From positions 47,554,001 to 47,618,000 of the forward strand of contig NC_043005.1 of NCBI RefSeq assembly GCF_006345805.1: a stretch of 64,000 nucleotides of DNA, given 5' to 3'. Below, piece by piece: positions 39,481 through 52,073 of the stretch (its first letter is position 1; every line of letters begins with the position of its first letter). Under the pieces are notes generated by a model. It saw only the letters and a program-made list of their open reading frames with translations. It was not told where the DNA came from and made no database searches. The position numbers and the translations under genes are program-made. The DNA is from Octopus sinensis (taxonomy: Eukaryota).

Positions 39481-40750
39481 ATATGTTTGTGTGTCTGTGT
39501 TTGTCCCCCAATATCGCTTGACAACTGATGCTGGTGTGTTTATGTCCCTGTAACTTAGTGGCTTGGCAAAAGAGACCGATAAAAAAAGTACTAGGCTTAC
39601 AAAGAATAAGTCCTTGGGTCGATTTGCTTAACTAAAGGTGGTGCTCCAGCATGGCCACAGTCAAATGACTGAAATAAGTAAAAGAGTAAAAGAGTAAAAG
39701 AGCTGAGTGAACTGGAGCAATGTGAAGCAAAGTGTCTGTAATGTACATGAAACTGCATTTTTCTAGAAATGTTTGCCTGCTAGAAATATTACTTCTTGAG
39801 AAGAAAACTTGATTTATGGATTTAAGCTTCCAAAAATTGTCTGATGCTTCTGCTGGGAGGAAATGATGCTGAGGATTTAAAATTATCTACTACTTAAATC
39901 CAAAAGCTTTGAAAGGTTATGCAGTTTCATTTGTTATTCAAACAACATGGCATAAATAACTAAAAGCCTTTTCAAAGGTTGGTTCAAAGCCCTTTTTATC
40001 CTGCTGCAGAAAAGCATACTGCTAGGCATGATATTTCCAACAAAGCATTGCACATTTGAGACAATGCACCAAAGCTTTCTGATAATGTCAGAGTAGAATA
40101 TATCCTCAAGAATAACCCCTCTTTGCTCCAACCAATCAATCAACGTGTGATAGCTAACTTCAAGGCATATTATATGAGAAGAACTCTCAACGAACTTATG
40201 AAAGCAGTCGATATGGAAGCTAAACCTGCAGTTAGAGACTCCTGGAAGAAGTTCAACTTAATGGATGATGTGGATAACATAGCTGAGTCAAAGGATAAAG
40301 TGAACCTCTCAACTTTGAATGACACTTGGAAAATCTATAACCAGACTGTACCTGCAACTTTACAAGTTTTCCACTGGAAGAAAGTGTACATCAGATTCAG
40401 AAAGATATTGTGACAATTGCAAACGATGCATGGTTTTCAAGAAGTCATAGAGATGATGTGATTGAGTTGTTAATGTCTCACAGGAAAAACTCATCTAATG
40501 AAGACCTGATACTGTTTGAACAAGAGCATGCTGGATATACAGATGAGAATATGGAAATTCTACCAACTCCATTGATCGCAAAGAATATTGACAAAGGGTT
40601 TGGTTGGCATTTATAGAAAGAATTCTGCAAATTTAGATTTGTAACAGCCCTAATTGTGAAAGTAGCAAAAAACTACAGGAGTTTATAATGTGCTCAGTTC
40701 CTAAACTGAATTCTATGAAGAGATGAGGCATAACAAAGATCAAACAGCTT
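38660..40750 (+). pseudogene. Tigger/pogo transposase relic interrupted by younger repeats (39040-39710)
   Basis: LLSVWIKDQ...KAISLYDDLLKK...FKRYKKSLNLHSIKLAGE; then LMLLLGGNDA...KALKG; then LQPINQRVIANFKAYYMRRTLNEL...WKKFNLMD (DDE_1). Confidence 0.8.
39261..39702 (+). mobile_element. SINE family A, full length, inserted in the Tigger relic
   Basis: Collinear with 61837-62260. Confidence 0.9.
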
Positions 40751-41559
40751 CGATATGTTCTTAATCCCCTATCCTAAGCAGATATTGGTAATGAACTAAA
40801 TGATAGAAGATACACTTCCTCATTTTATTAATAACTCTCATTCATCACAATTCTAAATCATTTCTTGTATTTTTCTAGAAACATCTTTATGTATACATAT
40901 TACACTGTGTCTGTTTAAAATAGTTATTTTCATGCATAAAAGTGGTCAGGTCACTTTTTTTTTAGTGTGCTTGTTTTTTTAAAAATCTACGAACATGCAT
41001 TTCACTTTATAAACATAAATATCAATGGAAAATTTATTTCACATTATAGGATTCTGCATTACAGTAGATTTACAGGAACACATTACTTCCACAATGTGAG
41101 TGGTTCCTGGATATATATATATTTATGTATAAAGTGTTATATTATGCATACTGATCCAAACTTGCCAAGGTGTGCACACAACAGTCTCGTGTGTAAGTGC
41201 ATGTGCAGATAGAATTAACAATTGCAACTACTGTTTTGTGGATACCTATGAATAGTACCTATGAATGAGTTGGAGTACCAAGTGTAAAATAAACAAATAT
41301 GCATAAAATACAGTGGGGCTCTTGCAGACAGAAAATTAGAACATTATTTACCAATGTACTTATAAGAAAATTCATTGAGTGACTCAAGTAAATAAACTAC
41401 TGAATTAACTTCATCAATATAGTGGAAAGAAATATGTGTTACCTGACAATCAATTCAGTTAGTGAGGAAGACAATGTTCAAGGGATTATCAAAACATTTT
41501 GGAAAGTGATTGTTATTTCCTCAAAAAAACATATTGCTTTCATTATTGAAAAAACAATA

Positions 41560-41920
41560 TATGTTGAATTACGGAGATGTACTTGCATAGCAAGTGACCT
41601 GATCTGAGATTGTGTGCTGGAACAAAAACAATTGCAGTAGGGAAGGTGCTTATAAGCCATTTAAGAAACACACAAAAACCGTTAGATTCACTTCAACATT
41701 TAAATTTGATTTGTCAAAATATGTTTGTCACTTTGAGACCGCGACCTGTTCACTGACAAAAATGTGTGGTAATGAGACATGGTCTTTAAATATGGAATAT
41801 TTGTGGAGACTCTACAGAAACAAGATTAAAATGATACTTTGGAATTATGGCCCTAAAAGGCAAGAAAGCTGGACTGCATATAAAGCTGTGAAAGTACCTG
41901 GTGATGAGTAAAGCCATCAA
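41560..41920 (+). pseudogene. Highly degenerate RTE fragment
   Basis: atgtgtggtaatgagacatggtcttta translates as MCGNETWSL, resembling LYGSETW of the RTE thumb. Confidence 0.35.
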
Positions 41921-43504
41921 CTAGTGTGCAGAAAAAATGAATCAACAAAGAATAGGAATAGGAAACAAGTGATAAAATTTCAAAATTTTCAGATGAAGCA
42001 AAATGAAAACCAGGTGTAATGTGGCATACTACAGATCCAACTAAGCAACACCTTAAACTTATATTTAAAAAATAATGCTGAGGATGATGATGATGATGAT
42101 TTCAGTAATGAAACAGCAATGATGACAATGATGTCAACAATGGCACTGGTGATGTATACAGTGTTGAAAACACATTCTACAGTTCCATGGGTCAGCACTG
42201 GTGGTTTGATTGGTTATTTTCAAAGACACGCTCTAATTGACCAAAACTAACTCAAATTCTTGCTCATCATCAACTACAACAACAAAAACAATGATAACAT
42301 CAGAAACAAGAACTACAACGAAAAGCTACATCAACACGAACATCAGAATTGCCGTCACAGTTTTTCCCAGGAAAATATCAAAAGTAAAGAATGTTCCCTA
42401 ACACATTAAAACTCTTTCGTTGCTATATGAGACACCTTTGAGGAAAGATCGGATTTGTTTTACTGATTTGTTATCTGCAAAAGAACATTACCAATAAGAT
42501 TACAAGTAGCACTTGAATGATACTAATAGGTCATAAGTCATATCGGGAGGAGACAGGAGGTCCTTTGAGAGAGCAGACTTAATTACTGCTGTCGTGTCAT
42601 TTTCTGTGTACATTGTTAGTCCTGTAGGTCTGCAATTAGCCAAGATTGGGACCAATTTCTTCTGCAAAGCCTTCAGATATGAGGTGACCTATATGTCTGT
42701 AGATATACACAGGCATATCCATCTTGAGAAATATCATTTTCTACAAGAGTTGATTAATTTCTTTTCTGTGTTATCAATTTAACACCCATGTACAACTTGG
42801 TTGGTTTAACATCTTTGCCACTACATCAATGTATGACTGACATACAAGTGAAACTCTTCTATCAAAAAAGGCAGACCAGTCTTACTAATTCAACCATTCT
42901 TTCAACTGATTGACCACAATTCCAATCAAGTTACTAATGCTACTTTGAACTTCTTACAGCTGTTTTTGTTGTTTTTGTTGTTGTTGACGATGTTGTCGTT
43001 GTTGCCAAGGTTGTTGGTGTAGTTGCTTCAGTTTGAAATCGGCAGCAAGGTTCACTACCGTCATCAATCAACTGAACAGTACTAAATGGCATGAGGGAAT
43101 TTGGGAAAATTAATATAAATAAGAAAAATACCAAGATTTTTCTCAAATTTACAATTATTCATGCTTGATGCTGTTGTGCATTTTCACAATGCACACTGAT
43201 CAGTACATATAAAGTTATTTGCACAAGCAATTATGTAAGTGTATAGATATACAGACCTCGGTATATATGAATATATATACATACATATATATAAAAAAAT
43301 AAAATACTAATAAATAATCAGTAGTGACATAAGCAGTATTAATACAGAAGCAGTGTTAATACCAAAAGCAATCATTACATCCAACTCAACGTGAATGTTT
43401 TGTTAAAACGCCAGATATTGTATTATTTACTTTGAGAAATGCATTAATACCTTTTGATATTTATACTACTTCTGTGACTAGTTATTGTTTTTTTTTTCTT
43501 TTAA

Positions 43505-43935
43505 TAAGCCGACTGACTCTACAGAGAGCTTGCTAGGGGTACTAGGTCTGTGGGAAGACCGATCTTACGTTACAAGGATGTTTGCAAAAGGGACATGAAG
43601 GCCTGCAACATCAATATTAGCAATTGGGAAGCAATTGCCAGCAACCGTGGAGATTGGCGACGTACTGTAAAAGAGGGAATACAAAGGAGTGACAGAGAGA
43701 GAGAGAGAGGAGAAATGGAAAGACAAGAAAAGACATCAACAAGAAACTATGACATTACAACCAGCCAGGAACAGTCTTCGCTACATTTGCGGTACCTGCC
43801 AGAGGGAGTGTTTGTCCAGGATAGGACTACACTGCCACAGCAGGAAATGTATCAGGACATGAAATGTAAAAGCCAGACAAGACTATTTTATGCGCAACTC
43901 CATTGTCTCCTGAGACAAAAAGGATGCCAACCAAC
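43505..43935 (+). mobile_element. RTE/BovB-like LINE 3' fragment
   Basis: ELARGTRSVGRPILRYKDVCKRDMKACNINISNWEAIASNRGDWRRTV, then ICGTCQRECLSRIGLHCHSRKC (terminal zinc motif) and a ttgtctcctgagacaaaaaggatgccaac-type 3' end. Confidence 0.85.
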
Positions 43936-44028
43936 ACTGACTATTTGCAACACCAATGCCTGAAAAGACACTGAAATTCTATGTATTGTTGACAGTGTGA
44001 TTCACCTGTTATGTCAGTACCAGAAATC

Positions 44029-44072
44029 TGCCACTGAAGAGACTCGGTAGGTTGAAATCATATGATCTGGTA
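44029..44072 (+). ncRNA. Type I hammerhead ribozyme, intact core
   Basis: TGCCA CTGAAGA GACT-CGGTA-GGTT GAAA TCAT-ATGA TC^TGGTA. Stem I has 5 bp, stem II 4 bp, the 10-nt palindrome is ATCATATGAT, and the cleavage triplet is AUC. Confidence 0.85.
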
Positions 44073-44514
44073 ATTACAGTACCTGTAGTAGACAATTCTA
44101 ATCCATCAGTGATATAAATATGAGTGTTTTTATGCATCATGCATGCATATGAGAGGTCTTCTCAAGGTAAATAATGCAATATTTGGTGTTTTAGCCTCAA
44201 GTTTATGAATGCTATCTGTATGTATATTTGTATATACACATGTATATACGTGTGTATGTGTGAATGAGTGTGTGTGTGTGTGTTTCTGTGTGTGTGTGTA
44301 TGTGCATGTGAGTGTGTGTGTGATCTAATAAACACAATATATTGTTATGAGCTACTAATAGATTCAATCAATGAAAACAATTCAGACAGCATTTTAGAAC
44401 ACATCTGGTGCTTTCATGCAACAATTTTTTGTTGATCTTACACCACAGAATAGTACATAATATATACATATATAAGGCTACCATTGGTTTCATGTTATGA
44501 AAAGTTGGAACATG

Positions 44515-44710
44515 TACTCTTTTACTCTTTAACTTGTTTCAGTCATTTGACTGTGACCATGCTGGAGCACCGTCTTTAGTCGAGCAAATCGACCCAAGGA
44601 CTTATTCTTTGTAAGCCTAGTACTTATTCTATTGGTCTCTTTTGCAGAACCAGCATCGGTTGTCAAGTGATGTTGAGGGGACAAACACAGACACACAAAC
44701 ACACACATAC

Positions 44711-44767
<57 letters not shown>

Positions 44768-44793
44768 ATATTATATATATATATATATTATAT

Positions 44794-44825
<32 letters not shown>

Positions 44826-45000
44826 CACATATATATACAACAGGCTTCTTTCAGTTTCCACCTACCAAATCCACTCACAAGGCTTTGGTCGGCCCAAGGC
44901 TATAGTAGAAGACACTTGCCCAAGTGCCACGCAGTGGGACTGAAACTGGAACGATGTGGTTGGTAAGCAAGCTACTTACCACACAGTCACTCCTACACCT
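44515..45000 (-). mobile_element. SINE family A, full length, with expanded internal microsatellite
   Basis: Reverse complement of family A. Confidence 0.9.
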
Positions 45001-45599
45001 ACGTGGAAGTGTTCTAATAAAATTTTATTTGTTTATCTATGTTTTCCAATAAACTCTGCTGAGTTACCCTTATTTTTCAATTTTTCTGAATTTTTGAAAT
45101 TGTAAAAGTGATTTATGGACACCCTGTAGGATGGGCTTCTTTCAGTTTCCATTTGATAAATCCCCTCACAATGTTTTATTTAGCCTGGAGCTATTGCAAA
45201 AGATACTTTGAGTGGGACTAAACCTAAAACGATGTGGTAATAAAAAACTTTCTTACCACACTATCATGCCAAGGCTTGTAGCATATATATCGTTTCTTAT
45301 ATGTTGTCTATGTGTATGTATACATCTCTTTAAATTATTTCTTAGAATAGACTATGGCCATCTCATCATCCTCATTTAACGTCTGTTTTCTATGCTGGCA
45401 TTGGTTGGACAGTTTGACTGAGAACTGGCAAGCTGTGTAGCTGCACCAATCTGATTTGGCAAGGTTTCTATAGATGGATGCCCATGTTGTTTATTTGTTA
45501 GCTATTGCCACCTGCACTTAAGTGTATGTAATACAACTATCATATCATTGGCATATCTGTTGTATATCATTTGTTTATGTCTTGGTATTATTTTGTTTT

Positions 45600-46030
45600 C
45601 TATTGTATCTTGGTATGATGGTGCAAAAGTTGACACTTCAGGAAGGTGAGAGACTAAAGGAAGATTTTGGAAACAGCTCTATACTAAAACCTAATATCTA
45701 AAATAATACAAACAGGACCCCATTTTTTGACATTAACATAGAATAGTGATCAAAAAGAGATACAAAACTCCCATCAAATACTTCATATAACTATACAGCA
45801 AAGAATCATACATATGCATATGCCTCCATGAGAAGTTACTATAAGATATCAATGATAAATTCACTCCTCAGAAGAGCATTTATATTCTTGTCTGCAAAAA
45901 AAGCACTAGAAAAGGAAATACATAGAATTAAGCAAACATCAATTAACAATGGATATTCTAGAAGACGAAGCTATAAAAAAAATACAGAAATGAATTTGTT
46001 AGAGAATCCTTGTTTTGGCATGCTAAAATG
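45600..46030 (+). pseudogene. Penelope-like element RT C-terminal (thumb) relic
   Basis: FGNSSILK...PFFDINI...YKISMINSLLRRAF...LEKEIHRIKQTSINNGYS matches the PLE pattern FLDV.I...K...I..L..RA...EL..I...L..NGY. Confidence 0.75.
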
Positions 46031-46185
46031 CCAGAAATAATACTGCTGTATTATTTCCTGTATTTTAGTGCACCAAAACGAGGACTTTTGAAAAATAACC
46101 ACAAGTGTAATAGGTAGAACTATATACATGTCTGACCTCATGCAGATGTCTCCTGCATAGTTCTGCAAATTATATTTGTAATGAC

Positions 46186-46261
46186 GATCATACTGAAGAT
46201 CTAGGGACAAATTGCATAAGTAAAATTACGTAACTGTTGATAGTGAAACATGTTTATGGTT
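46186..46261 (+). ncRNA. Type I hammerhead ribozyme, intact core, downstream of the PLE RT relic
   Basis: GATCATA CTGAAGA T [CTA/TAG, GACA/TGTT, TTGCATAA/TTACGTAA] T GAAAC AT GTT^TATGGTT. Stem I has 7 bp (2 G-U) and the palindrome is ACATGT. Confidence 0.8.
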
Positions 46262-46814
46262 AATCTATATTTTTTATTACTTTTCATTTGTCTTGCTTGC
46301 TTATGTTCTGGTGTTTGCTAAATTTTCTTGAGAACATTTCTTAGTGGTAAGACCATAGCGGATCTACTTCTAGCATAAGGGTTGTCTACATAGTGGTCAT
46401 CCCTCTCCTATGTATGTAATACAATTTTCTGAACCTTCAGATTTTAATATGCTTGACCACTGGTTTTAAATTGATGTTAATCAAATTAATATCCAATTTT
46501 TCAACCCTCACTTTAAATTTATATATATATTTATATAATATAATATATAAATTTGAGATAAAACCACTATTATGCAACATAAACAGTGATAAACATATAT
46601 ATATATACATGTATATATATTATATATATAAACATGTATATATATATATATATATACATATATATATACACACACATATATATATATATTATATATATAT
46701 ATATATATTATATATATATATATACGTTTAAATATTTGTTGTGCAAAGTAACACCAAATATATAGTGCGTGTGTTTTTATTGGCTAAACTGGCAAAATGA
46801 CCATTCCGAAATAT

Positions 46815-46893
<79 letters not shown>

Positions 46894-48289
46894 TATATAT
46901 TTTCTGTCTTGCTAATTTGCAATATTAGGAGGAATATAGACAGAAGAAAATCTATCTTACGGAAGGATGGAAATGTGAAAGTTAAGCTCTACTAGGTGAG
47001 GTGGAGTGAAAATTGACCTTAAGTATGTGAAAGAGGGAGGAATGAAAAAGCAAATGAGGAAACAATGAATAGAAGATATAGAGAGAATAATGGAAAGGAA
47101 GAAAATAAAAAGAAAAGCAGGACAGAAAATCTCACACTAGCACTCACTAATACACGTCGTTTCCATTTATTGTCATACACATCCTTAACCATTATTCAGA
47201 TTTTTATTTCTGGATTACATTCATATTTTACATGGTTACTGGTTTGTTTCCCTTATCTCTCTCTGTCTCTCTCTCTCCCTCTCTTGTTCTGTCACTTGCT
47301 CTTGCTCCCTTTCTCTCACTATTTTTACCTTTCATGCCACCTGCTCCAGCAGATCTTCACCATTCTTTCCTGTCTTCCTTTTTGTTGTCTTGCTAGCTTG
47401 ACATTGACCACATGCATCCAATATTTCTCCCTATTCTTTTCATATTTAGACAAAAGTCTTTTTCTGATTTTCTTTCTATGCTAGCATTCTCCTCATTTGT
47501 CTCTATCTTAAGTCAAAAGACACACATCTTTGTTATTACTCTTTATCTGTTTGCTTTATGTTTTTCTGCACCAATCACATGTCTCCAGCTAATATTTCTA
47601 GTCATAAGACTTCGTTTATTTTGCTTTTCCCTGTCATTTTCCAGACAAGTGATACCAACATCTTCAGAGCACTAAAATCACAATGACTCCATGAGACATT
47701 GGTTATGAAATGGATTTATCCATGTCTGTTTTTCTGTCCTTTCCATTAATTATCATGCACAGCATTTTTAACCATGATTTTAACTTTCCTTACTAGCAAA
47801 CTCAGTCATATCTTTTCATTGTAACAAATTGTTCTCAAGGTGACTAACATTATCTTTCTCCCACTCTGTCTTTCCAGCTTGTCTTCCTAAAGCTTACACA
47901 CACTCTCTCTCTTCATGGTACATACTGTTGCTGGAACTACCAACCTTTTCTATTGTCCTTTTATCTCACAAGTCTCATACTGACAACACACATCCAATAT
48001 TTCTCTCTATAGTCATGACCAAATCTTTGTAGCATTTAAAAAAAAATTAAAATTGTTATCCCCAAATACAATTCAATTCAAATATATACAACATAGAAAT
48101 ATACTCACCTAATACCTGATCAAAGGGTTCAATATCTTCTGATTGAACCATTGGATCAGTTATTATGTAATTATATCTCTACATTGAACATAACAATTTT
48201 AATTTTCAAAAAAATGTTCCAAACTTTTGGCTACGACTGTCTTCCAATTTTGTGTAGACAAGGTTTTTCTCCTTTTCTTCTATGTCAGC

Positions 48290-48700
48290 CTCTTCTCTGA
48301 ATGATCTTTGTGGTGCTTTGATCCTCATTATGTCTTGCTTTTTGTAGGGGGACCACAGTGGGTAGCAGTATTCAAGGTGGGGTCCTAGCGAATGTGGTGA
48401 AGAGAAGGATGATGGTTTCATGATCCCTAGATTAGAAAGTTCTGAGGATCCATGAGCACATTCTGTGGGCTACATCGACCTTTTTTGTTGATATGCACAC
48501 TCCAGTTAAGGTTGCTGTTGACAGTTACTCCTAAGTCTCTGATATTATCCAACGGTTCAAGTAGGTCTCCCAACAGTAGTGTATACGGTTGCTTGAAAGT
48601 GCCTTCTTTTCTAAAGTGGATGAGCTCAAATTTTTCTTCATTCAACTGTATATTGTTCAACTGATACTTTTGAAAATTCAACTACAATCCATCCAGCTGG
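48290..48700 (-). pseudogene. CR1-group LINE RT/thumb relic
   Basis: QLNEEKFELIHF...IRDLGVTVNSNLNWSVHI... and PHLEYCYPLWSPYKKQDI. Confidence 0.8.
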
Positions 48701-48915
48701 CTTATAAGCAGTTTATATCAACCTAAATTCACCGACAAGGTAAGGGTCAACCTGAGGTTTTAGAAAATGATATCCACCCCAGTTGCTATGCAATAGAATT
48801 AAACCTGGAACCTTGTGGTCTCTGTGTGCTTATATGAAATACACAGACCTATTTATCTATCTTACTGTCTGCATATCTCTCTATGTATATACCTATCTGA
48901 CTGACTGTGTGCCTA

Positions 48916-48972
<57 letters not shown>

Positions 48973-49046
48973 CTTTCTATCTATCTATTTGTCTCTCTGT
49001 CTATCTATCTGCCAGTCTGTCTGTCTGTATGTGTACATAGCAAAAA

Positions 49047-49084
49047 CTGTCTGATGAACGGCAACGAAAAACTCAGAGTAACAG
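49047..49084 (+). ncRNA. Type I hammerhead relic (damaged GAAA side)
   Basis: CTGT CTGATGA ACG-GCAA-CGA AAAAC TCAGA GTA^ACAG. Stem I CTGT/ACAG, GNRA loop, near-palindrome ACTCAGAGT, AATAAA at 49111-16 then (TA)n. Confidence 0.55.
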
Positions 49085-49486
49085 ATTTTGTTGAATTTTC
49101 TGCTGCTTTAAATAAAGTATATATATATATATCAAAGGACATACTACTATATTTGTTCTGTAGCAGATTCGAAACTGAATTGCTGGCTAGCCATGCAGAT
49201 ACCACATTGAGACCAATTTACTGACCAATCACTATCAAGCCAACATATGATTTTATTTTCGAGAACTTTCTAATTGAGCCTTATATAAAGGTGGGGTTTT
49301 GACCACAACTTCAGAATGTCAAGATAGTTGTTGTAATGATTCCATTCCCATTTCCCACTCACCAGCCATGCAGATAGAAGGTACATATTTTTTTATCATG
49401 AATTTAACACGACTATTTCCCCACTTGCGATACATAACAGCAAGTTAGTCGTAAAACCAAGTAGTATGTCTGTCTTGGTGTGTAAA

Positions 49487-49757
49487 AAATTGTCGCTTTT
49501 ATTTTTTCCAACAACCAACACAGAAAACATGATATTTTGTAAATAAAGCTTCTGCTTATTGTTTGTGAGTATTCCTAATTATTTTACACACAGCTCCTAG
49601 AAAATATTTCATTCTCCACAAAATTGTTGCTTTTATTTTTTCAGACAAAGACCAACACAGAAAACATAATGTACAGTAAATAAAGTTTCTGTTAATTATT
49701 TTTGAGTGCTGTTAATTATTCTACACACAGCCCTAGAAAGACATTATATTTCCACAA
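49487..49757. repeat. Tandem duplication of a ~134-bp unit (2 copies)
   Basis: aaattgt(c/t)gcttttatttttt...ccaacacagaaaacat...gtaaataaag...acacacagc.cctagaaa begins at 49487 and at 49621. Confidence 0.85.
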
Positions 49758-50349
49758 ACATCAATGAAAAACCACAAAAACAACCCCTATGACAATTCCT
49801 TTGAGTTCACTTTAAAGACCCTTTTCTTAAAGGTGCATCACCAGATTCTGTCAATGTGACACATCATTCTAGGTGGTTAATACCAAAAATTCCTACTTTA
49901 ATGAAGCAATTTGTTGCACAAGTTGTCATTACATTTGGGAAAAATAGATGCCATTAGTATTCAATAATCATGTGAAAAGCAGCAGAATACGGTTTCTTCT
50001 CTATCATATCCTGAAAATTTGCTGTGAACATTATTGGTGTGGAAATATTTGCCATAGAAAATTTTGCCATAAACACGGCACACTAGCAGACTGTAAACAA
50101 AATAAATCATTTTAAAGAAATTGCCCTTCTTTAATTACTATGTTAGTTGATGAAGTTAATATTTTAAGAAAATATCTAATAATTTTTTTGCTATCTATTT
50201 ATTTATTATAGCCAATTTCCTATGTTGTTAATATTTATGGTGAAAGCTCCTATAACCATTTGCTATGCTCCCAAAAATGGAGTAATGTTATTCTCTTACT
50301 TCCAACACTAGTTCACACAAGCTGTGACCTCTTGAAAGTATTATTTTGG

Positions 50350-50550
50350 TACTCTTTTACTCTTTTACTCGTTTCAGTCATTTGACTGCGACCATGCTGG
50401 AGCACCACCTTTATGGAGCCCAGGACTTATTCTTTGTAAGCCTAGTACTTATTCTGTCGGTCTCTTTTGCCGAACCACTAAGTTACGGGGATGTAAACAC
50501 ACCAGCATTGGTTGTCAAGCGATGTTAAGGGGACAAACACAGACACACAG

Positions 50551-50581
<31 letters not shown>

Positions 50582-50755
50582 CAATATATACGACGGGCTT
50601 CTTTCAGTTTCTGTCTACCAAATCCACTCACAAGACTTTGGTCTGCCCGAGGCTATAGTAGAAGACACTAGCACAAGGTGCCACGCAGTGGGACTGAACC
50701 TGGAACCATGTGGTTCGTAAGCAAGCTACTTACCACAACAGCCACTCCTGCACCT
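50350..50755 (-). mobile_element. SINE family A, full length
   Basis: Reverse complement of family A. Confidence 0.9.
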
Positions 50756-51016
50756 TTAAAAGGCTAATACAACTCAACCACTAATGCATGCATGGATGAA
50801 GAGAGAAAAACAGAAAAACAATCATGGTATATATTTGATGGGAAACTTATTCACTGCAACTAAAATCATGATAGATTTTTTCTTCGCCCCCAGTTTTTGC
50901 AAACACAGAAAATTTTAGACAAGAAATGACATTTAAACAAACTAACACAGCTATAAGCAAAAGCAGCTGCAATGTATTTGAGACACAAAATAAGACTATT
51001 ACAAAAATATGAATGT

Positions 51017-51240
51017 TTTACTCTTCAGCATTCAGGTTATTCTTTCAAATGTTTATTTATTCCCTTTGTTTTGAATTAATCATGCATTATCTTGTACCTT
51101 CAAAAATTTTGATCATGTGATTGTTTCGTTTTAGAATGACATTGTAGGGTAAGTGTGAGAAGCTGAATCTAGCCAGTTCAAACATAAAATAAGGTAGAGT
51201 ATTTGGGCCGGATATGGCCTATTTCAATGTTAAAGGGTTG
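51017..51240. mobile_element. piggyBac-like MITE, degenerate copy
   Basis: Internal homology to 25530-25748; right end aatgttaaaggg-ttga. Confidence 0.65.
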
Positions 51241-51916
51241 AAGGAAAACAACAAGAGTGCTACCAGCAATAGGTATTCCTCTTATTACTAGTAGTGTGGA
51301 CCAAAGTGAAATATCAGATAAGTGTTGTTTTTTATGTGCATTTTTTTCCATGCTTAACAAGACTTATTGAGCCATTCAAGAATTTGGACCTGGAGATCTC
51401 CATTTCCAGCGACTTCGAGGGCCACCTCCCAGTGGTGTCGGGCGTTAATGAAGAGCCCTCGACTACAACAAGACAACCAAAGTTGGGGTTTTTTCCCAAG
51501 GTCTAGGCCATCACCTAATCCCCCTTACCCATCTTGTTGCTTAAAAACAAAAACAAAAGATTTATTGAAGTGAGATTCCCTGGATGATTCCAATTCTTGG
51601 TTGATTTTCAAGTAAGGGACTTTATTGCATGTCTTCATAGTTAGACCACTGATAGAGATGGATGCTTTGCTTACACAAGACATGAAGTTGTGTTGAGTGA
51701 AGAAATGTCGATAGAGACACATGCACACACACACATATATATACATATTCACATGTCGGTACATTTATGTGTGTGTGAGTAAACATGCATCTGAATAGTC
51801 TCTGTCAAGGAATTTCACTTGCAAGTCATCAGTAAGCCCAGGCTTATAGTAGGAGGACAGGAAGCCACAGGATTGAACCTAAGACTAAAGTGAATGCAGT
51901 GTCAGCTTCTTAACAA

Positions 51917-51950
<34 letters not shown>

Positions 51951-52006
51951 TGTACAGATAGCTAGATAGCTAGATAGATAGATAGATAAATAGATAAATA
52001 GATGGG

Positions 52007-52073
<67 letters not shown>

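Noticed and set aside
51795-51840. Minus-strand CTGATGA-CTTGCAAG-TGAAA
   Set aside because: No NUH site with a complementary stem I.
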